Below, in pieces: positions 1 to 8,821 of a DNA stretch of 64,000 nucleotides. Positions within the stretch are counted from its first letter, which is position 1; every line of letters starts with the position of its first letter. The notes beneath the pieces were generated by a model. The model saw only the letters and a list, made by a program, of their open reading frames with translations, did not search any database and was not told the DNA's origin. The stretch lies in contig CAYHBD010000028.1 of NCBI GenBank assembly GCA_964354805.1, positions 3,186-67,185 of the forward strand, written 5' to 3'. Origin of the DNA: an uncultured archaeon (GTDB taxonomy: Archaea > Iainarchaeota > Iainarchaeia > Iainarchaeales > GCA-2688035). The translations under genes and the position numbers were made by a program.

Positions 1-2
1 CT

Positions 3-497
3 ACGCCTTGCGGCGACAAGCTGTGCAAGAGCTGCACAGCAGATGGTTTTTGTGATGTAAATGCAAGCAAGGTTGGCAAGTCATGCGGTTTCGGAAAAAA
101 TGCTGAAACCCCAAGTGGTAAGGAAACAAATAAAGGGTATAGCCCAAAGTGCTTTGGATGCAATGATGCAGGCGAATGTGTTTTAAAAGAGAACCTTGAA
201 AATGTAAACTGTTATAGTAGCGGGGGCTGCGACACTAATTGCTCTGTTGAAGGCAAATGCAGTGTATATGACCCTTCCATTGTGGGAAAATGGTGCCCCA
301 AAAAGACAACTGAGAAGTACCAATGCGAGGGATGCAGGGTTAGCGGGTCAGTGCTGGTTTGCGATAGCAGAGAATCCTGCCCGCTTGGCTGTTGCTACAA
401 TGCAACCACTGGCTGGGCTAGGTGCAAAGAGGCAGGCAAGAACTGTTGCCCGCTGGATGAGGAAGTAAAGTCTGAAGCGTGCACAAGAGAAACCTAA
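3..497 (+). CDS. C-terminal part of a cysteine-rich secreted protein (5' end outside the window)
   Basis: Frame 3 is open from the window edge to TAA at 495-497. The translation (..PCGDKLCKSCTADGFCD..GCCYNATTGWARCKEAGKNCCPLD..) is very Cys-rich, in the same style as the Cys-repeat block of the neighbouring 1265-aa protein. Confidence 0.6.
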   Translation, partial: TPCGDKLCKSCTADGFCDVNASKVGKSCGFGKNAETPSGKETNKGYSPKCFGCNDAGECVLKENLENVNCYSSGGCDTNCSVEGKCSVYDPSIVGKWCPKKTTEKYQCEGCRVSGSVLVCDSRESCPLGCCYNATTGWARCKEAGKNCCPLDEEVKSEACTRET

Positions 498-606
498 TCA
501 AACTACTTCTGCTGCTTTTTTATTTTACAAGAATAAGTGCAGTTCTTAAAATACTGCGTTGGCTTCGCGTTAGGTTTAAATATCAGAACAGGTTATTTCT
601 ACTATT

Positions 607-927
607 ATGGTTGATAGCGAAAAGTTTACTGAAAACGTCAAAACCCTGCTGAGCGAGGGCGCGGAGGGAAAGGATGTTGTTGCTTTCATAAAGCGCCTCG
701 GCTTTTCGGAACAGGAGGCAAAGGCTTTTGTTGCAGAGGCAGGCAAGGGGCAAATAGTGAAAACAGAAACCCTGATGAGAGGCCTGCCAACCAGCGGAAA
801 ACAGCAGCAAAAACAGCTTTCGCCGCAAAAAGAGGAAGAGATGCGCAGGGCATTCAGGGAGAACATGGAAGAGGTTGCAAAAATAGTGGAAAGGCTCAGG
901 GTAGACAGAAAAGAGCCAGTGCAATAA
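607..927 (+). CDS. hypothetical small protein (106 aa)
   Basis: ATG ORF with TTTAAATA at 575-582, about 25 nt upstream. No family recognised. Confidence 0.5.
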   Translation: MVDSEKFTENVKTLLSEGAEGKDVVAFIKRLGFSEQEAKAFVAEAGKGQIVKTETLMRGLPTSGKQQQKQLSPQKEEEMRRAFRENMEEVAKIVERLRVDRKEPVQ

Positions 928-979
928 GCAATCCCCTGAAACAAAAAAAATAAATACAACGAAATACTCTAATTATTGA

Positions 980-3900
980 ATGAATAAAATTTTTTTAACC
1001 GCAATTTTCCTTCTCTTAATATTTCAAATTGCTTTTGTTTGCGCTTACCCGGAAAACTTTGACGGCTGGCGGGTAATGCCAATTAGGTCAGAGAAGGAAT
1101 TCGAGCAGGAAAAAATCGGGGGGGAAGCAGAGCAGCACAATCACGGAATTGCAAGAAGCCCTTCAAACCCAAACACCATCTATTTGGCCCATGACATAGG
1201 GGCAGTCTGGAGAAGCACTAATGCCGGCGAGAGCTGGCAGAAAACCCTTGGAAAGAGCCTCTGGCTGCAATTCGGCGAATCAATAGAAGTTGACCCGGTT
1301 GACCCTGACACAATTTTCCTCATAGTCAGCAACAGTTACAACTACAAGTCCATAGCTTACGCAGGAATATACCGCTCAAAAGACAGCGGCGACAACTTTG
1401 AGTTTGTGCTGCCGACGACCGTAAAATGGCAACGCTTTTACACGCACAATCTGGCTTACGATTTGACAAGCATAACTTCATCAAACGCAACACGATGGTA
1501 TGCTGGTTTTTCAAACAACGGCCTGTACAGGTCGGAGGACAGCGGAAACACGTGGACAAAAGTAAGCGACCTGAGCACACACGACACTGTTTATTCAGTC
1601 CAAACGCATCCAAGTGACGGGCAAACAGTTTACCTTGCATCAAACCTCGGCTTTTTCAAGAGCAGCAACAAGGGTGCAAACCTACAGAAAACAGGGACTG
1701 GGCTTCCGAGCGGCGAGGTTTCATCAATTGCAATAAACCCCCAAAACCCGCAAATGATTTATGTTACAGTAAGGACAAATGGATTGTACAGGTCAACTGA
1801 CGGCGGAAACAATTTCTCTTTGCTGAAAAGCTTTGACGCAGAAAGAGTCTTCATCAATCCAGGCTATCCAGACGTAATCTATTTGGTTGGAATAAGCACA
1901 AATACAATAATAAGCCACGATGCAGGTGCGCATTGGATTACAGACATGTGCACCCAGCCCGCGCCAGGCCTGGCAAGAGATGCCCCTACCTGTGGGAAGG
2001 GCTGGAAAGGAATGATTGCAGGCGGGGCAACAGGCATTGTTCCAAACCCGAATGACTCAAACGAAGCGGTTGCTTTCAGCAGGGGAACAGTCTGGAAAAC
2101 AACTGACGGCGGGCATTTATTCAAGGACAGTTCCACTTTATGGACTGGGTTTGCATGGGGCTGGGCAATGGGCGGAACAGCATTTGATGCGCAAAACCCG
2201 AACAAATTTGCTTTTTTCCTATGCGATGTCACTTCAGTGCTTACTATGAACGGAGGCGATTTCTTCGAACAAAAAGGTGCAAACGAAGCCTGGACCTGGA
2301 AAGGTCAAGGGATAATCGACTGGGTGAACATGCTTGCAGGGGATTTCCAGCCAGGAAATAGCAATGTCATTGTCAGCTCTGTTGGAGATTACTTCGCCAA
2401 CATTCTGACCAGGTCAACAGACAACGGAAAAACCTGGCAAATTGCAGACAGGAAACTGGAAAACCACTACTTTGTAGCATTCCACCCAAACGACCCAAAT
2501 ATTGTCTACGCTGGAAGCGCCAGGTCAACAAACGCTGGCCAGACATTCACGCACATAGCGTATCTGGAAACCAACAAAGCATTGATGGTTGGAATGTGCC
2601 TTGCAAACCCAGATATTGTTTACGCATTCAGCAGGGACAACAAGACAATATACAGGAGTGACGACAGGGCAATGAACTGGAAAATTTACACAAAGCCAGG
2701 CTGGAGCCTTAACCTGCATGACAGCCTGCCGACCTTTGCTGCTGATCCGTTCAACTGCAACAAAATATACACTGTTGCAAGCAATGGAGACCTTGCTTCA
2801 TTTGACGGCACAACATGGAAAAGCATGGGCGTACTGGCTTTAACCAATACGCCGGCAGGCCTATCAAACTTTGCAAGAAACGTCACCCTTGACCCAAAAA
2901 AAGAAGGGATTATTTATGTAAGCATGTTTGCATCAGGGCCTCCGAATATCTTTAGAAGCATTGATGGGGGAAACATTTGGGAGGACATAAGCTACAACAG
3001 GCCTAGAATTGACGCAGGCCTCTCAGTCAACCCTCACACAGGCGAATTGTTCGCAGGCAGCGGCTTTGGCACATGGGTTCTGCCGCCGCCATACGAAAGC
3101 GCGAATCTCTTTTATGACAAGCTTTTTTCAATGCCCTCATGCCAAGATGGATTGAAAAATGGCAGCGAAGAAGGCGTTGACTGCGGGGGAAGCTGCAAGG
3201 CACCATGCAGAACCTGCTCTGCTGACCCGCAATGCCTTGCAGGAGAAAAATGCTGCGCTGGCTACTGCAAAAAGCCAGCCTGCGCAATAAATGAAGATTG
3301 CGGGACAGGAAGGCAGTGCACTAACGGAGGGCAATGCAGCGCAGCATGCCAAAATATAAATTGCCCAGAGGGGGCAATAAATACGGCATGCTACTGCGGC
3401 GGCCTGCCAAAAACAGGAGGATACTGCTGCAGTGGAACATACAGAGCAACAGTATGCAGCACAGACACAAATTGCAATGACAACAATATAGCAACAAAAG
3501 ACACTTGCACCAGCCCGAAAAGCTGCACGGCAGCATGCACGCACACAACAATAACACAATGCATCAACAATGACGGCTATTGCCCGCCAACATGCACCAG
3601 CGCCACTGATAACGATTGCCTAGCAAGCTGCGGCAATGGGGTTGTTAATTCAGGCGAGAATTGTTCAAACTGCCCGCAGGACGTAAACTGCTCAAGCGCA
3701 CAAACATGCTGCGCTGGCGTATGCATTACACCAGAATGCAGCACAGACGCAAACTGCTCTAGCGGGCAACACTGCACAAGCAATGACCCATGCACAGGCC
3801 AATGCACAGACTGCAACATCACATGCACAACCAACACACAATGCAACGACAACAACCCAGACACAAACGACAGTTGTGAGAACGCTTCTACATGCGAATC

Positions 3901-4777
3901 ATACTGCAAAAACGAGCCGCTTACCTGCGGCGGCATAGTATGCCAAACAGCCCAAATATGCTGCAATGAGTTATGCACAACGCCGGCATGCACAAAAACA
4001 AGCGACTGCAACGACAGTGATGTTTGCACTAGAGACAGTTGCAAAACAGCAGGAACATGCACAGCACAATGCTCGCACACTGCAATACCAAAATGCGGAT
4101 GGAAAAAAATGAACTGGACAATACCAAGCTGCTTTCCAATAGCTGCACTGTTCACTGTAACACTAAAAGACGAAACAGGCACTCCCCTGGAAGGGGTGGA
4201 AATAACATACGGAACACAAAAAATGCTTACTAATGCAGAAGGAAAAGTGGAAATGCTCGGCGAGAAAGCAAAATACGTAATAAACGCAACAAAAGAAGGA
4301 TACTATCCATTAACAGCAAGAAAACTCGCGAGCACAACATGCAAACCAACATACACAACAACAGGAACAAAACCAGTGCCTGTAACAAAAGGAAAAATAG
4401 AAATCGAAGTACTCGAAACACCATACATCAACAGGGAATTCACAATCAAAATAACAGACAACAACAGCAAAGCAGTGCAGGAAGCAACAATAACATACTC
4501 ACAACAAACAACAGAAACAAACGAACAAGGGCAAGCAACACTAACAGCAGAAAAATCAAAATACCTAATAACAGCAACAAGCGCGCAAGGAACAGCAAGC
4601 ACAAGAATCCTGCCGAAAACATTCACCCAACCAGACCAAAACACAGGCACAGGCGCTGGAACAGCAAAACCATTCACAATACCGCTTGATATAATTGTCC
4701 TAGCAGCAGTAATAGTAATCGGAGTAATTGTGCTGCTGAGGGCAAGGGCAACAAAAAAAGAAACAGCGCAAACCTAA
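980..4777 (+). CDS. large surface protein: signal peptide, BNR/Asp-box beta-propeller(s), Cys-rich repeat block, beta-sandwich repeats, C-terminal TM anchor
   Basis: 1265 aa. Hydrophobic N-terminus MNKIFLTAIFLLLIFQIAFVCA. About ten Asp-box motifs (SEDSGNTW, STDNGKTW, SIDGGNIW, STNAGESW...). Cys block from CQDGLKNGSEEGVDCGGSCKAPC onward. C-terminal IIVLAAVIVIGVIVLLRARATKK. Confidence 0.8.
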   Translation: MNKIFLTAIFLLLIFQIAFVCAYPENFDGWRVMPIRSEKEFEQEKIGGEAEQHNHGIARSPSNPNTIYLAHDIGAVWRSTNAGESWQKTLGKSLWLQFGESIEVDPVDPDTIFLIVSNSYNYKSIAYAGIYRSKDSGDNFEFVLPTTVKWQRFYTHNLAYDLTSITSSNATRWYAGFSNNGLYRSEDSGNTWTKVSDLSTHDTVYSVQTHPSDGQTVYLASNLGFFKSSNKGANLQKTGTGLPSGEVSSIAINPQNPQMIYVTVRTNGLYRSTDGGNNFSLLKSFDAERVFINPGYPDVIYLVGISTNTIISHDAGAHWITDMCTQPAPGLARDAPTCGKGWKGMIAGGATGIVPNPNDSNEAVAFSRGTVWKTTDGGHLFKDSSTLWTGFAWGWAMGGTAFDAQNPNKFAFFLCDVTSVLTMNGGDFFEQKGANEAWTWKGQGIIDWVNMLAGDFQPGNSNVIVSSVGDYFANILTRSTDNGKTWQIADRKLENHYFVAFHPNDPNIVYAGSARSTNAGQTFTHIAYLETNKALMVGMCLANPDIVYAFSRDNKTIYRSDDRAMNWKIYTKPGWSLNLHDSLPTFAADPFNCNKIYTVASNGDLASFDGTTWKSMGVLALTNTPAGLSNFARNVTLDPKKEGIIYVSMFASGPPNIFRSIDGGNIWEDISYNRPRIDAGLSVNPHTGELFAGSGFGTWVLPPPYESANLFYDKLFSMPSCQDGLKNGSEEGVDCGGSCKAPCRTCSADPQCLAGEKCCAGYCKKPACAINEDCGTGRQCTNGGQCSAACQNINCPEGAINTACYCGGLPKTGGYCCSGTYRATVCSTDTNCNDNNIATKDTCTSPKSCTAACTHTTITQCINNDGYCPPTCTSATDNDCLASCGNGVVNSGENCSNCPQDVNCSSAQTCCAGVCITPECSTDANCSSGQHCTSNDPCTGQCTDCNITCTTNTQCNDNNPDTNDSCENASTCESYCKNEPLTCGGIVCQTAQICCNELCTTPACTKTSDCNDSDVCTRDSCKTAGTCTAQCSHTAIPKCGWKKMNWTIPSCFPIAALFTVTLKDETGTPLEGVEITYGTQKMLTNAEGKVEMLGEKAKYVINATKEGYYPLTARKLASTTCKPTYTTTGTKPVPVTKGKIEIEVLETPYINREFTIKITDNNSKAVQEATITYSQQTTETNEQGQATLTAEKSKYLITATSAQGTASTRILPKTFTQPDQNTGTGAGTAKPFTIPLDIIVLAAVIVIGVIVLLRARATKKETAQT

Positions 4778-4781
4778 TTCT

Positions 4782-5633
4782 TTAAAGGCAAGTTCCGACG
4801 CCTAAGGTCAGCAAATCCCGCAGCCCTGTTGCAAAGCCAAGGATCGCTATTACAATTTTGATGAAGCCCCTCAAATTCTCTCTTTTGATTTCTTTGTCAA
4901 TATAGTAAACGATTAGCAAAACAAGCAGAATTTTCACTATTACAAAAGAGATTGGAAAAAGATCAAGCAAAAAACCGCTTGCAGGGTGCTGTTCCCCGCA
5001 CCTGAAAAACTGCGTTGCGATGAATGTCGCGCTCCCATCCAGTGTCTGGGATGCAATTGCAAGCCTGTTCAGGTTGTCCTGCAAAATCCGGCTTTTCAAT
5101 AATTTGCCAAGGGCAATTAAAACAAGGACAATTGCAAGCAACATTGCTATAACGTAAAAAAAGCCCGGCCATGCCCTGAAATTCATTAATTCAAAAACAG
5201 CAACCGGCGCTGCAAGCACTATGCCAATTGCTGCAAAAATCTTGTGGAAGTCTTTGCCTGATTTTTTTGACAAAAAAAGTGAAAAGAAAAGGCAAAACAG
5301 CGTGACGGCAGCAACCAGCAAATAAATGCCTGGAGTTACAAAATAGTAGCCTAATTCAAGCGGGTTCCAAGAACGCTGCAGCAGGTGCATATCCTCAAGC
5401 ACGTGAACCGCGCTGCCGAGCAGAATGTAAGGCAGAAGCGCAAGCATGAATTTTGCATTGAAGCGAATTCCCCTTCTGTCAAGCGCAGGGAAAATGACGA
5501 AGAACGCAAGCGCCAGCATTATTGCGCCGTAAACAATGTACTCGACAATTCCGTAAGAGCCGTACTCGGCTATCCTCTTGCCGAAAAAATCGTACAAAAC
5601 CTGCCCAATGTCCACAAATAATGCCTCCTGCAA
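4782..5633 (-). CDS. polytopic membrane protein, DUF63-like (tentative)
   Basis: 283 aa with multiple hydrophobic helices. The segment LLPYILLGSAVHVLEDMH resembles archaeal DUF63 proteins, from memory and not searched. Confidence 0.55.
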   Translation of the reverse strand: MQEALFVDIGQVLYDFFGKRIAEYGSYGIVEYIVYGAIMLALAFFVIFPALDRRGIRFNAKFMLALLPYILLGSAVHVLEDMHLLQRSWNPLELGYYFVTPGIYLLVAAVTLFCLFFSLFLSKKSGKDFHKIFAAIGIVLAAPVAVFELMNFRAWPGFFYVIAMLLAIVLVLIALGKLLKSRILQDNLNRLAIASQTLDGSATFIATQFFRCGEQHPASGFLLDLFPISFVIVKILLVLLIVYYIDKEIKRENLRGFIKIVIAILGFATGLRDLLTLGVGTCL

Positions 5634-5697
5634 TCAAACCAAAAAAATCCGCCAAATGCCCATACTAAGTGAATTTTAAATTACTTAAGCCTTTTAT

Positions 5698-6576
5698 ATG
5701 TTTACCATGAACGGACAAAAACAGCCCAGGAGCCTGCGGGAAGCTCTCGAAGGAAAGCTTTCAAAAAAGGAAATGCAGCACCTGATTACTTCCTTTGATT
5801 CAGTTGGAAATATTGCGGTGATTCAGATTCCAAAAGAGCTGCAGCGCAAGGAAAAAGTGATTGGTGCTGCATTAATGCAAGTGAACAAACATTTCACTAC
5901 TGTTTGTATGGTAACAGGCGAGAGGGCTGGCAAATTCAGGGTTAAGCCAATGAAGGTAATTGCTGGCAAGAAAAACAAAATTGCAACTTATAAGGAAAGC
6001 GGCTGCGTTTTCAAAGTGGATTTGGGCAAAGTCTTTTTCAGCCCGCGCTTGGCCACTGAAAGGCTTAGGATTGCAAAACTGATAAAGGAAGGCGAAACAG
6101 TCGGCGCGCTCTTTGCCGGAGTTGGCCCTTTCCCGATTGTTTTCGCAAAGCACAGCGGAATGCGCAAAGCTTACGCAATTGAATTGAATCCGCACGCATT
6201 CAAGGAAATGCTGCAAAACATAAAATCGAACAATTGTGAGGACAGGGTTGAGGCAATCCATGGAGATGTGAAGAAAATTGTGCCAAAAAAATTCAAGGGG
6301 GCATTTGACAGGGTTGCAATGCCCTTGCCAAAAGGCGGGGAAAACTTTCTCAGGGAAGCGCTTATAGCAATCAAGCCAAAAGGCGGCGTAGTTCATTTCT
6401 ATGCTTTTGTGAAAAAAAAGGAAGGCCTTAGCGAACCACTGAAGCAGATTAGGGAAGCAGCAAAAGATTCAGGAAGAAAGGCGCGGATTTTGCTTAAAAG
6501 GAAAGTGTGCAGTTTTTCTGCCAGCATTGACGAGTTCGTGATTGATTTCGCTGTTTTGGGAAAGAATTTAAAATAA
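5698..6576 (+). CDS. trm5: tRNA (guanine37-N1)-methyltransferase Trm5 / Taw2-like (Met-10+ family)
   Basis: FDSVGNIAVIQIP, FSPRLATER, SAM-binding GALFAGVGPFPIV and ELNPHA motifs are typical of Trm5b/Taw22-type enzymes. Confidence 0.75.
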   Translation: MFTMNGQKQPRSLREALEGKLSKKEMQHLITSFDSVGNIAVIQIPKELQRKEKVIGAALMQVNKHFTTVCMVTGERAGKFRVKPMKVIAGKKNKIATYKESGCVFKVDLGKVFFSPRLATERLRIAKLIKEGETVGALFAGVGPFPIVFAKHSGMRKAYAIELNPHAFKEMLQNIKSNNCEDRVEAIHGDVKKIVPKKFKGAFDRVAMPLPKGGENFLREALIAIKPKGGVVHFYAFVKKKEGLSEPLKQIREAAKDSGRKARILLKRKVCSFSASIDEFVIDFAVLGKNLK

Positions 6577-6589
6577 ACCGTAGCAAGTT

Positions 6590-7081
6590 TTGTTCATGCA
6601 ACTATACAAAAACCTTTTCGGGCTTAATTTCTCTTATCGCTCAGCGCTGCTGTTTGCGTTTCTCGCACTATTCCCAAACCTGCTTGGAATGATTGTTCTG
6701 CCAACGCCGTTTGGATTCAAATTCCACTTGTTCCAGATAGCTGTTTTCATTGCAGCACTTTTGTATGGAAAATGGGGCGGGGCATTAAGCGGAGCAGCAG
6801 GCAGCGTTTTCACTGCGATTGCATTGAACAATCCATTCATTATTGGCGGCAACGTAATTCTTGGATTCTTTACTGCTATGTTCGCGAAAAGAATGCATGT
6901 TGTGTTCGCTGTTCTGGCTGCCTTCGCAATACAGCTCCCTTGGCTTTACTATACGGATTTGCTTGCGGGAATGCCGCTGCCGGCAGTGCAAGGCGTTGTT
7001 GTTGCTTTGCTTTTCAGCAATGTTGTTTGGGCAGCGGTTGCAGCGTTGATTTATAAAAGAATTGGGAAATTAATTCAATAG
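6590..7081 (+). CDS. small polytopic membrane protein (possibly ECF S-component-like; function unknown)
   Basis: 163 aa with about 5 hydrophobic helices and no diagnostic motif. Confidence 0.55.
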   Translation: MFMQLYKNLFGLNFSYRSALLFAFLALFPNLLGMIVLPTPFGFKFHLFQIAVFIAALLYGKWGGALSGAAGSVFTAIALNNPFIIGGNVILGFFTAMFAKRMHVVFAVLAAFAIQLPWLYYTDLLAGMPLPAVQGVVVALLFSNVVWAAVAALIYKRIGKLIQ

Positions 7082-7144
7082 TTGTTTTTTTGCAGGTTAA
7101 CTTATAAAAGAATTTGGGGCTTAATTCAATAGTAACTTTTTTTG
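7052..7144 (+). repeat. tandem imperfect duplication (about 41 nt units, 51-nt period) of the gene 3' end, stop codon and T-tract
   Basis: TATAAAAGAATTGGGAAATTAATTCAATAGTTGTTTTTTTG (7052-7092) versus TATAAAAGAATTTGGGGCTTAATTCAATAGTAACTTTTTTTG (7103-7144). Confidence 0.85.
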
Positions 7145-7156
7145 AAGTTGAATCAA

Positions 7157-7819
7157 ATGGTTTTCAGATTGGTTTTTTTGGGCCCGCCTGGCGCTGGAAA
7201 GGGAACTATTGCACAGCGCTTGAGCCAAAAATACGGCTTGCAGCAGATTTCAACAGGAGATTTGCTCAGGGCAGAGGTTGAAAAGGGAAGCGAGCTTGGA
7301 AAAAAAGTGAAGGCAGTAATTGAAAAAGGCGAACTGGTTGATGATGAAACAGTTGCTGCACTGGTTGAAAACAAATTGGGGGAGCTGGGAAAAGAAAGGG
7401 GATTTATTCTGGACGGCTTTCCAAGAACAATAAAGCAGGCGAGCCTGCTTGAATCCGCTGCAAAAAAGCTCGGCTTGCAGCTTGATGCAGCCTTGGACAT
7501 TGAGGCAAGCGATGAAACAATAATTGAAAGGCTGAGCGGCAGGGTTCAGTGCACGAAATGCAGCAAGATTTACAATTTGAGGAGCATGCCACCAAAGCAG
7601 GAAGGGAAATGCGATGCATGCAATGGAAAAATAGTGCAGAGGGAAGACGACAAGCCGGCTGTTGTGAAAATGCGGATTGCCACTTACAGGAAGAAGACAG
7701 AGCCATTGATTGAATACTACAAGAAAAAGCGCCTGCTGCAGGTAATTGACGCAAACGCCGATTCGCCAGAAAAAAACCTGCAGAATGCCGAGGCAGCTTT
7801 AAGCAAGCTGAAAAAGTAG
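7157..7819 (+). CDS. adk: adenylate kinase (long form with zinc-binding lid)
   Basis: P-loop FLGPPGAGKGT and ISTGDLLR. Lid motif CTKCSKIYN..CDACNGKIVQREDD. ATG at 7157 is in frame with the tracked ORF 7142-7819. Confidence 0.9.
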   Translation: MVFRLVFLGPPGAGKGTIAQRLSQKYGLQQISTGDLLRAEVEKGSELGKKVKAVIEKGELVDDETVAALVENKLGELGKERGFILDGFPRTIKQASLLESAAKKLGLQLDAALDIEASDETIIERLSGRVQCTKCSKIYNLRSMPPKQEGKCDACNGKIVQREDDKPAVVKMRIATYRKKTEPLIEYYKKKRLLQVIDANADSPEKNLQNAEAALSKLKK

Positions 7820-7828
7820 GGTGTTTTT

Positions 7829-8731
7829 ATGGTTGAATGTGTTATTGTTGGGACAGTTGCATTTGATTCGATTAAAACGCCTTTCGGCTCGGCTGAAAAG
7901 GTTTTGGGCGGGAGCGCAACCTATGCCTCGCTTGCTGCCTCTTTTTTCGCAAAGCCTGGCATTGTAAGCGTTGTGGGAAAAGACTTCCCGAAAGAGCATT
8001 TTGATTTCTTTGAAAAGAAGGGAATTGACACAAAGGGAATCGTGGAAGCAGAAGGCAAAACCTTTGCATGGAGCGGCGAATATGGTTTGGACATAAACAT
8101 TGCGAAAACAGTGAAAACGGAATTGAATGTTTTGACAAAATTCGACCCAAAACTTCCGGAAGAATACAGGAAAACGGAATTCCTTTTCTTAGGCAACATT
8201 GACCCGGAGCTGCAGTTAAAAGTCCTGGGGCAGATGGATAAAACAAAGCTTGTTATTGCGGACACAATGAATTACTGGATTGAAAAAAAGCGAGAAAAGG
8301 TTCTGGAAATAGTGAAAAAAACAGACATCTGCTTAATGAATGACGCCGAAGCAAGGCAACTGTTCAATACACCAAACCTTGTCCAGGCAGCGAAAGAAAT
8401 CCTGAAATTGGACAGCGATTTGGCGATAATAAAAAAGGGCGAGCATGGGGCTTTGCTTTGCACTGAAAACGGCAGCTTTGTTGCACCTGCCTATCCATTA
8501 GCGAATGTAATTGACCCAACTGGCTGCGGAGACAGCTTTGCAGGCGCATTAATTGGATTCCTCGCAAAAGAAGGAAAAGTGAACGAGGCCCTGATGAGAA
8601 AAGCAATCATTTACGGCAGCACTGTTGCCTCGTTCAACGCAGAGGGAATGGGCATTGAAAGAATGAAAACACTTTCAAGAAACGAAATAAACAAGCGCTT
8701 TGAGGAATTCAAGGAAATAATGAGATTTTAA
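7829..8731 (+). CDS. PfkB-family carbohydrate/nucleoside kinase
   Basis: 300 aa with the C-terminal PfkB signature DPTGCGDSFAGALIGFL and a ribokinase-like layout. Confidence 0.8.
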   Translation: MVECVIVGTVAFDSIKTPFGSAEKVLGGSATYASLAASFFAKPGIVSVVGKDFPKEHFDFFEKKGIDTKGIVEAEGKTFAWSGEYGLDINIAKTVKTELNVLTKFDPKLPEEYRKTEFLFLGNIDPELQLKVLGQMDKTKLVIADTMNYWIEKKREKVLEIVKKTDICLMNDAEARQLFNTPNLVQAAKEILKLDSDLAIIKKGEHGALLCTENGSFVAPAYPLANVIDPTGCGDSFAGALIGFLAKEGKVNEALMRKAIIYGSTVASFNAEGMGIERMKTLSRNEINKRFEEFKEIMRF

Positions 8732-8821
8732 GTTATTGGATTTAAAAAAAATTTGGTTGCATTTAAAAAAGTTTCTTGGTCCTTTGTTTAAAAGAAACAG
8801 TACTTTTAGAGGTGCATTAAA

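Noticed and set aside
3137-4182. Long minus-strand ORFs (3137-3559, 3577-4182 and others) antisense to the 1265-aa surface-protein gene
   Set aside because: They lie entirely inside a well-supported plus-strand gene, have no start context, and translate to low-complexity Cys/Ala/Val strings, as expected from the reverse complement of Cys/Thr/Ala-rich codons.
7082-7132. Stop-codon read-through or recoding (TAG) as the explanation for the in-frame 51-nt duplications
   Set aside because: Other genes in the window terminate normally at TAG (for example 23109 and 35194). An open 16-codon frame is not improbable by chance. One of the three duplications (23088-23185) is out of frame. It is kept only as a low-probability alternative inside the finding.
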